A program made the position numbers and the translations under genes. 64,000 nt of DNA from Octopus vulgaris (lineage: Eukaryota). Positions 51,101 through 60,600 of the stretch are shown here, piece by piece. Position 1 is the first letter of the stretch, and every line of letters starts with the position of its first letter. Below the pieces are notes generated by a model. That model did not search any database, was not told the origin of the DNA, and saw nothing but the letters and a program-made list of their open reading frames with translations. The stretch covers positions 21,762,001 through 21,826,000 of the forward strand of contig OX597827.1 of the NCBI GenBank assembly GCA_951406725.2. Reading direction: 5' to 3'.

Positions 51101-54100
51101 AGACATTCACTTAAAACATGCCCTTCTTCAATGATGCCATGAATAATATTCAGTCAAAGTCTATCCTGTTTCAATACTTTGACAATGCCTGAATTTTTCC
51201 AAATGCATGAAACAGTTTGGGCAAGTGTTTTCTTGTAAAGCCCTGGGCCAACCAAAACCTTGTGAATGAATTCGGTTGATGGAGATTGAAAGAAGCCCTC
51301 TGTGAATGTATATGCGTGAGTATGCATGTTTGTGTATTCTTGTTTTGACATCACTTGATAGCTACAAATGCCATTCTGTCATACAAACTTTGTTTTTCGT
51401 TTCTGATCTTCAGTGGAAAACATGTCTGGGCAAAGGGAAAACATTACTTTGTTTGGAAGCAGTTGAGGGTTGGTGACAGGAAGGGCACCAAGCTGTAGAA
51501 AATCTGCCTCAAATAATTCCATCATGTGACCCATGCAAGTATGGGAAAATTTGATGTTTAAATGATGATAATGATGATGAGAAAACATTTTGTGTAAATG
51601 ATGATAATGATGATGATGATGTTGTAAGAAAGGAAATTAGTATTTATTTCAAATGAGCCTGGCGCAGCCATCTGGTTCGCCAGTCCTCAGTCAAATCGTC
51701 CAACCCATGCTAGTATGGAAAGCGGACCTTAAATGATGATGATGATAATGATTAGACCCACCACCACCACCACCACCACTCCCCATTTTAAGATTAAAAG
51801 CAATTCAGCTACTTCGTCCCATTCTTTTATTCAGAAATAATTTATATTTAAGACTGCATTATTGAATGTATTCTGTAGTTTTTTGTCTATTTCTAAGATG
51901 GCAGGGAATGGTTTGAGTGATATTTGGCTGATATTTCTAGCAGGTCCTGTGGCTATGCAGAGGGGCTCATGTAAAGGGACCTATATGCAGATGGTAGAAA
52001 GATTCCCTTACATATACTTTTGAGCATTTAATTTCAATTCTTCAAAAAATATTTCTTTGTTACAAGTTTCTATAATCTTGTACCCATTCTTATTATTTAT
52101 ATGAACAGAATCAGTAGAGCATTTGGACAGAATGTCTTGTGGTTGTATCCATTTATGTTCTGAGTTCAAATCCTATCAAAACTAACTTTGTCTTTCATCC
52201 TCCTGGAGTTGATAAAAAATAGTTTCAACCATATCTTGGAGTTAATTTAATTTTTTTCCCTCCTTTCTATGAAATGTTTGACTTCATTCTTTACTTAGAA
52301 AGCATCATTTGTTAATGTGTGTCTTTCATGCTGGCAACAGGCTGCATGGTTTGACATGGCCTAACAGATCGGAGGACTTTTATTGTGCTTCAAAGGTCTT
52401 CTTTGATGACATCCAGCAGCTGAATGCCCCTCCTCATACCAACAACATTACAGAGTTCACTGGGTGCTTTTTTTCATGACTCCAGCACTAATGGGGTTAC
52501 CATGTAGTCTACAAGACTAACATCCCTTTCTACAGTAGAGTGAGAGGGGCAGCTTTATATATAAAACAAAAATTGGTTTGCTAATAAGGTTCCTTCTTAT
52601 TTTCAGATTGAAATGCTACAAGAGATCCTGTCAAAATTCTTTTTGAATGCTGCAACATTTTTGCATGTGATTATCAAATCGGAACAAACAGATGCGGAAG
52701 CAATTGGTACAAGTTTTTGATATTTTTCTACACTTTAAGGCACAGAGCTGGCAGAATTGTTGGCACGCTAGGTTCAGCAGCATTTTGTCTGTCTTTATGT
52801 TCTGAGTTCAAATTCTGCTGAGGTCGATTTTGCCTTTTATCCTTTCAGGGTAGATAAAATAAGTACCAGTTGAGCATGCGGGGGGGGGGGGTCAATGAAA
52901 TCAACTCTGCCCCTTGCCCTAAATCTGTCCAAGAAGGGGATCCCAACAAGTTGTTGCAGTTTGAGATTCTAAGAAGAAATGTGGGAGCATTGAGTAATCT
53001 CTTATTGAGATAATTCAGAGAGATGGTGATATTAACAAAATATTCTAAAACTTGAAATTTCTCTCTTAGCTAGAGAAAGAAAACAACAACCTAATAGTAA
53101 TTGTTAGCAGCTCTGAAAGAAAAGAGGAGACGATATCGGGAAATTAAGAATTTAATTTCAGAGGGGAAAATATCTTGTGTCTGTGATTAGGCCAGGTGAC
53201 AGCTAGGAACATGTTTTACTGTTGTTGGAGCTCATCAGTGAAGTATAGCTTTCTCAAATACAGTTTGTTTGTTCAAAGTAGCAGAAAATATTAGAATAAA
53301 ATAGACAAAGTGAGGAAATAGTGTCTTTAGTTTGTGGTTATAGGGTGTTGGAAAATGAATCTTTGGCAATTAGTTGAAGGAATATGTTTTTTTAATGTGC
53401 TTTGGATACATTCGATGACTGGCATCCGTACTAGCAGGGTGCAAAGAGCACAATACGAGCGTGATCGTTGACAGAGTGGCTAACCGGCTTTCATGCCAGT
53501 GGCACATAAAAGGCACCATTTGAGTGTGATCGTTACCAGCATCACCTTACTGGCACTTGTGCGTGTGCTAGTAGGGTGCCAAGAGTACCATCCGAGCGTG
53601 ATTGTTGCCAGAGCAGCCAACCGGCTTCCGTGCCGGTGGCATGTATAAGGGCACCATTTGAGCATGATCGTTACCAACATCGCCTTACTGGTACCTGTGT
53701 CGGTGGAATGTGTAAAAGATTCGAGCAAGGTCGTTGCCAGTACCGCCTGACTGACCCCGTGCCGGTGGCACGTAAAAAGCACCCCAAACACTCTCGAAGT
53801 GGTTGGCATTAGGAAGGGCATCAAGCTGTAGAAACTCTGCCAAATCAAGATTGGAGCCTGGTGCAGCCATCTGGTTCGCCAGCCCTCAGTCAAAATCGTC
53901 CAACTCATGCTAGCATGGAAAGCGGACGTTAAATGATGATGATGATGATGATGTGAAGATCTTAATGATAATTAATGATCTGTAAAAGTCTGTAAGTTTT
54001 ACAGCCCCACTGAATAAAAATCTGTTAAGAATTAACTTAAAACTCCTATAGTAAAGCATCTGATATGTGAATTTACTAAAGTTTATTCATTATCATAATG

Positions 54101-57100
54101 TAACTCTAAAGTGAAAACAAAATAGAGAAATACACACGCCTATTCAAATATGTATAACAATTTCAAAGGATTTAAATAAAACTATTTTGTATACTCCTTC
54201 AATATTACACCACCCTCAGTTGAGGGGTCTCTGTCTTGCAAGCTACTTGGTGGCCTCACTGGTGCAGGTGCCATGTAAAAAGCACCCGGTACACTCTGGG
54301 GAATGGTTGTTGTTAAGAAGGGCATCCAGCTGTAGAAACCATGCCCCCAACAAGAAAATAGAATATGATGCAGTTCTCTGGTTTGCCAGCTCTTGCTGAA
54401 TTGTCCTGCTCAGGGCAGCATGGAATGCAAATGTTAAACGGTGATGATAATGACAATGTTAATGATGATGATGGTGGTGGTGGTGGTGGTGGTGGAGGCG
54501 GAGGCAGCGGTGGTGGCCGCGGCAGCGATGGCGGTGGCAGCAGTGATGACAACGATGACTCGTTTGCTCTCACTGAATTCATGATGGGACAGTCTGCAGC
54601 TTCAGAAAACTCTAAACCCTACAAACTCAGCTGTGTCTCTTTGTTACAAAACGTCTCTTAGAATATTTAATAGTCTTTCCAGAAGGCTATGAATGCCAGT
54701 CATCCAAACTCTTATAAGATTCTTTTTTAAATGCATCTGAACAGGTAATCCATTTAAGGTAAACATTTTGTTTCACCTGAAGTAAACTTTTTTCTCATTC
54801 TGCTCACAAACTTCAGAATGTTTCATTATTATCGTTATAACTGAAGACATGCATGAGTGAACAATGATAAATGTAACTGGAAAAAAAAAGTCTTAAATTT
54901 GTAAAATATTTTAAGCTCTTGCAGAATTTTATTTTGCTCTATTCCACAAAGTCTCTTTGAAAATATTCTTCTAATGTAATTCTGTATTCTTTTCTATTTT
55001 CAATGACCTTTGACCATTCTTCATATAAAATTCTCAATGCCAAAGCTTTTTATTATAAGAAATAATTTTATCTTGCTAATCAGATTTGTCATAGTCCATT
55101 TGATAATAATGAGTTTATTGTATAGAGTGTTAGGGATGCTGTAACTGCTTGGATGCACCACACTTGCCCCAGTATATTGCAGTGTTCAATATATTTTCCC
55201 ATGAATCAATCTATTCCACAATTTGATATTTTGTTAAATTTCTATTTTCTACAGATCAAAAACTATAGATTACTGAACATTCTTCAGCATCTCTTTTAGT
55301 TCCTATCATATTCTTTATTTCCTGTATTATATTTCCCCAGTTAAAAGAATCCTTTTGTTTCCAATTACCATCACAATTCAAGTTGTCCCTAATTCGATAT
55401 TTCAGATTCGATGATAAAATCTTTTAATATCCTCCACCAGCTGAGTAAATACTTGAACGACATTCCAAACATGTTGGAAATGAAGACCGAGATATATTGT
55501 ATGACTCAGGTAAGCAATTTGTTAAACCATTCCACTACCTTTGTTACTGATTAAATCGTTTCATAATAAGCTGCCTGAGACTGTCCATGATTCTATAATA
55601 CAGTGGAATCTTGGTTTATGCCTTTCATTCTAAACAATTTTTCAAAAACAAGATGTCTTAGGTGGTGAATGGTTTCTTGAGTAACAAACTTACAAATCAG
55701 TAACAATGGTTTTGGTGGTAAGCTGGGAGTATCAGTGGGAGGAGAGTGTCAGTCTTTGTCTAGCTTTCACTCAGTGCAGATCCTTCTCTTGAACTTACTT
55801 TCTCTTGAATTTCTTGGGAGAAAATCAGTTTTGGCTTGCAAACATTTTGTGTGATGAACAAGCTTCAGGAATGAATTCAATTTGTAAACCAAATTTCCAC
55901 TGTACAAGCTTTCCATTTTAAAGGGATCTAAAAACCTTCCATTGCAACTTCACGTTATTTTAAGTTCCAAATACAAAAGCAAAACTGGCAGAATCATTAG
56001 CAATGTGGAACAAAATGCTCAGAGACACACACTTCGGATTCTTTACATTCTGAATTCAAATCTCACTGAGGTCAACTTTGCCTTTCATACTTCCATGGGT
56101 GGGGGTCAATAAAATAGAAGACCAGCCAATTGCTGCAGTCAATATAATCAACTTGCCTCTCCCCTCAATATTTTTTCCCCATAAATACATTTATATGCTA
56201 TAAAAAGGAAAATGTGAGAAATTATGAATTTTTGGCAACCCCACTCCCTGACCCTGATTGTTTCTGTTTAGAAATTAAGATATCGAAGAGCCTGAGAAGG
56301 TCATTGCTGGCATTTATCCACATTGGCTTAAAACAATTATGGAGATGTACTTGCATAGCAAGTGACTTGATCTGAGATCATGTGCTAAAACGAAAACAAT
56401 TGCAGCATGGAAGGTGTTTGTAAGCCATTCAAGAACACACAAAAAATTAGTTTCACTTCATTTAAATTTCATTTGTGCCAAAATATTTTCTTCGCTTTGA
56501 AACTGTGACCTGTTCACTGACAAAACTTCACAAAAGTGATGCAGCACGAAGTTTCGTCAGTGAACAGGTCACGGTTTCAAAGCGAAGAAATTATTTTAAC
56601 ACAAATGAAATTTAGATGCTGGAGTGAAACTAACGGTTTTTGTGTGTTCTTGAATGGCCTACAAATGCCTTCCATGCTGCGATTATTGTTGATTTTAAAA
56701 AAGAGTTTTGCAAACGATAATTCATTTTAGTAGCATACTTTTCGGTTAGAAAATGCTTTTTCTTACACACACACACGGCTCCACTTGATTCAGGTGGGGG
56801 TAAAAATTTAGATTACAATTTATTTTGTTGTTTTTCTTCCACCAATGGACCACGTATGTGTTACTTCAGCATCATCATTCCAGAAACTGTGTTTAACGAG
56901 AGAAAAATATTTAAAAAAACATCAATACATGTGTAAGTGAAAAAGGGAGGGTGGTTTCGATTGTGCTAGAAACAACAGCGAAACCTTCCTTGAATTGTTC
57001 ACCTTTTCCTCTGAAAATATTTACAATTTGTTTTGTTCTTTGTTTTTACTGAAAAGGTTCTTCCATGGCTTTTAAGTTAAAAAAGAAAATGGCCAAAATT

Positions 57101-57553
57101 GGTTTGGATAGTTATTTTTGTAAGGCTTATAGCGTTCCAAACAGTCATAACAACAAAATCACTTAAAAATTTTTTTACAAAAATTATACGGGTATTTTAA
57201 AAAATTTTCATTCAATAATTAATATTTTTACATAATGTATACATTAATAGAACAAACTGTCAGTTTTCCAAATAGCAAATGAAAACATTAAAAGAGAAAG
57301 TAAGAGACAAATGAAAATGGAATACTCTGCAGTTAATGAAATGAATATTTAAATTTGTGAGAAATTGCAGTTAAAAAATTCAAATAAACTTGAGAAATTG
57401 AAGTTATAGGAAATTTCTTAAAACATGAATTTATAAAGATATTTCCAGACAGTCAAACCTTTAATAATTGCTTTCTTTTAGTACTTTTAGTAATTGTTAC
57501 ACACCTAATTAATAATCAGCCCTCTCCATTATAGTATAGAAGATCTCTTTATG

Positions 57554-57621
<68 letters not shown>

Positions 57622-60600
57622 CATGGTTATCTTTCTTTTTAGAGAATGTTTCTTAAGCTTTACGAAGATGCCTTAACCAAATTCTCTAAGTCATCTTCCT
57701 GTGAGAACTCCAAAGCTCAACTCACTCTGACGAAGGTAAGACTGTTTTTTTTCTTTTATTTTGTTGAAGATTCTGAGTAAATTCTTGTCTTGGTTTCGGT
57801 CATTGGACTGTGGCCATGCTGTAGCATTGCATTATAAAGTTTTCTACCTTGTTATATAGATCGCAGTATTTTATTTCAATCTTCTGGTTATTTTATTGAT
57901 ATCTATTTGCCCTGTTGCTAAGTTACATTTTCATGTAAAAGATTACAACTCTATGTAGCATTACACACACACACACACACAGAGTCTCATGAATGTGTGT
58001 GTGTGTGTGCATGTGTGTGTGTGTTTGCAAATAATAAATATTCAGGCCAGTTTCCCAGTTTGACAATAACTTGTACTCTTCCTCCTCCCAGAGACCCCTA
58101 GAAAAATGTCAGTGGAGCTGCCCCTCTTCCCCACATTAAACCATTAAAGCAAAACCAAAAATCAATAAATAAATGATGGGATTCTGGCCTCATATTGTTT
58201 CATAGTTGGGATTGAAAAGTTTATATTTCTAATCGCTATAGAATTCCTAATAAATTCTGTCTTTTTTTTTTTTGCAGATTTCCGATGTTATTAATTGTCT
58301 GGAACAAGAGATTTGTTTAATTGAAAAGTTTAAGCCTTCGTTTGAGTAAGCTGGATTCTGATGGTCTTTTATTAAGAAATAGCAGAACTGTTAAAGGAAT
58401 ATGATCAAATAGAAAACCTGAATGACTGATGGTTGACTTTTTCTCAATCAGTTGTTGAATTGTTGCAAAGGGATGGTGAAAAGTTGTTAGTAAAAAGAAA
58501 GTTAGTGATAGTTAAAGAAATGGTTGCAAAACATTGATTTACCCAATACAATAGCGAAGTCTGCCATTAAGATTGAAACCAGAGTAGATTCCACAAAAAA
58601 AAACATGATCATATTTTGTCTCAGGCATCCTTGCTAACCAACAAAGGGGTTTTAATTTACAGTAAATTGAACCACTTACACTAAGGGTAGCAGTAGATAA
58701 AAGGCAATGGATAAATATTTTGTGGTGATGTTGACCAAATCTTTAAACGGGTGTTAAATGTAAATATTGGAAAACCTTTTGTTTTTAAAGATGAGGCTAA
58801 TAGCCTGAAAATTATAATTTTTTGCATAAGATAACTTTTAAAGTTAAAACAAACATCATGTTTATATTTCTGAATTCAATTGTTATGGTTTCAATCCTGC
58901 AGCTTTACTTTTCTTTTACATAGGTTTGACATAGTAGATGAAGCCAAGAAATGTTTATTTAAATATTTAATGAATGACATCCAGAATATATTTAGAAACG
59001 AAAACATTACGGTAAATATTAAATTTGTTTTGAAATAGCATGGAAAAAATATTTTCCTCAAAATTTAAAATATTCTAAAACAGAAAATCCTGTGAAATTT
59101 ATGCCTTTCTGCTTTTAATCTGAATATGTTGCTCTTAAAGATCCTTTTAGCGGGTTATGTAAATATATGCAAATCAGTACCATCTGGATTAATTATAACA
59201 TAACAATATATCGGAGTTTAATGACCTGTTTATTAACTCGGTGCTTAATTACCATAAATTTAGTTTTTGATGTTCGTACATCAATTCTTTATATGGACTC
59301 CATCCCCCCCTCCAAACAAAAAAGAAAGAAAATAATTTAAAATATATTCAGATTTTTATAATTGAATCAATAATTATTATTTAGAAGAGTCTTCCGTAAT
59401 AGTTATTGTGTGTTTCTTTAATATTAAGCATTGAATAATGAGAATTAAATCACCTTCAATGTTCTTTTAAAATAAAATTTTCATTTAATGAATTCCGTAA
59501 AAAGCAATACCATAAATCCTCGAGTATAATCTGCATTTTTTCCCAAAATTTAAAGGACAAAATCATTAGTGCGTACTATATACGAGGTTAAAAATGAACA
59601 TTATTTTCTAAGCAATGTCCGAGTCTCTATTTGCTGTCCAGCAATGTTTATTCAGATGCATTTTGTGATGTCGGGCACGAAAATACCGTAAACTAAGCCT
59701 GGAAGCAATGAAGTCATAAAAGAATCATCAATAATTTGCAGTAAGCAACATTTATTAAACGTTATTACTGTTATTTCTTTATTTTTTGCAAACAAAATGC
59801 ACAAAAAAAGCTACACGTTTACATTATGTTATATATACAATAATAATAAAGGATGTTACCGTATACATTTTCACAAACCAAGGACGTTACCGTATACATT
59901 TTCACAAACCAAGGACGTTATATAGACCTCCTTGACTCAGGTTAGAGAAGGGGTGCGTATTATACACAAGGTTTAGGTTTTACAGAGGTACAGCCCCACC
60001 CCCCTAAAAATCATCCCCTGTGTATTATACTCAAGGGCAGACTACACTCGAGGATTTACGGTATATATAATATTGTACATCCATGGATATTGTATTTCAT
60101 TTCAAACTTATGATGTTTTGTTTTCTAGGCAGAAAAAGTGGATTTATATCATCTGGTCGAACATATCTACCATTTGGATTCCTGCTGGGGTACAAGTTTG
60201 TCAGAAAAGTAATCCTTTAACCTTTTCATTACCAGATTCCTATTGAAATGCTCTACCTTTCATCATCATCATCATCATCATCATTTAACGTCTGCTTTCC
60301 ATGCTAGCATGGGTTGGACGATTTGACTCAGGTCTGGTGAACCAGATGGCTGCACCAGACTCCAATCTTGATCTGGCAGAGTTTCTACAGCTGGATGCCC
60401 TTCCTAATGCCAGCGACTCCAAGAGTGTAGTGGGTGCTTTTTATGTGCCACCTGCACAAGAGCCAGTCCAGCGGCACTGGCAATGATCTCACTTGAATGT
60501 TTTTGTCACGTGCCACCAGCACAAGTGCCAGTGTTTCAGTTAATTTCAAAAACAACAAAGAATTTAGTTGCGTTGATGCAAGATGGGTTGTGGAAAACAA

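Noticed and set aside
55255-55300. Apparent acceptor ttctacAG as an exon start
   Set aside because: Stops in all three frames; the acceptor at 55405 gives the phase-consistent exon
60209-60225. U12-type donor (GTAATCCTTTAACC)
   Set aside because: Does not match GTATCCTT exactly and no clear U12 branch site precedes the 61322 acceptor
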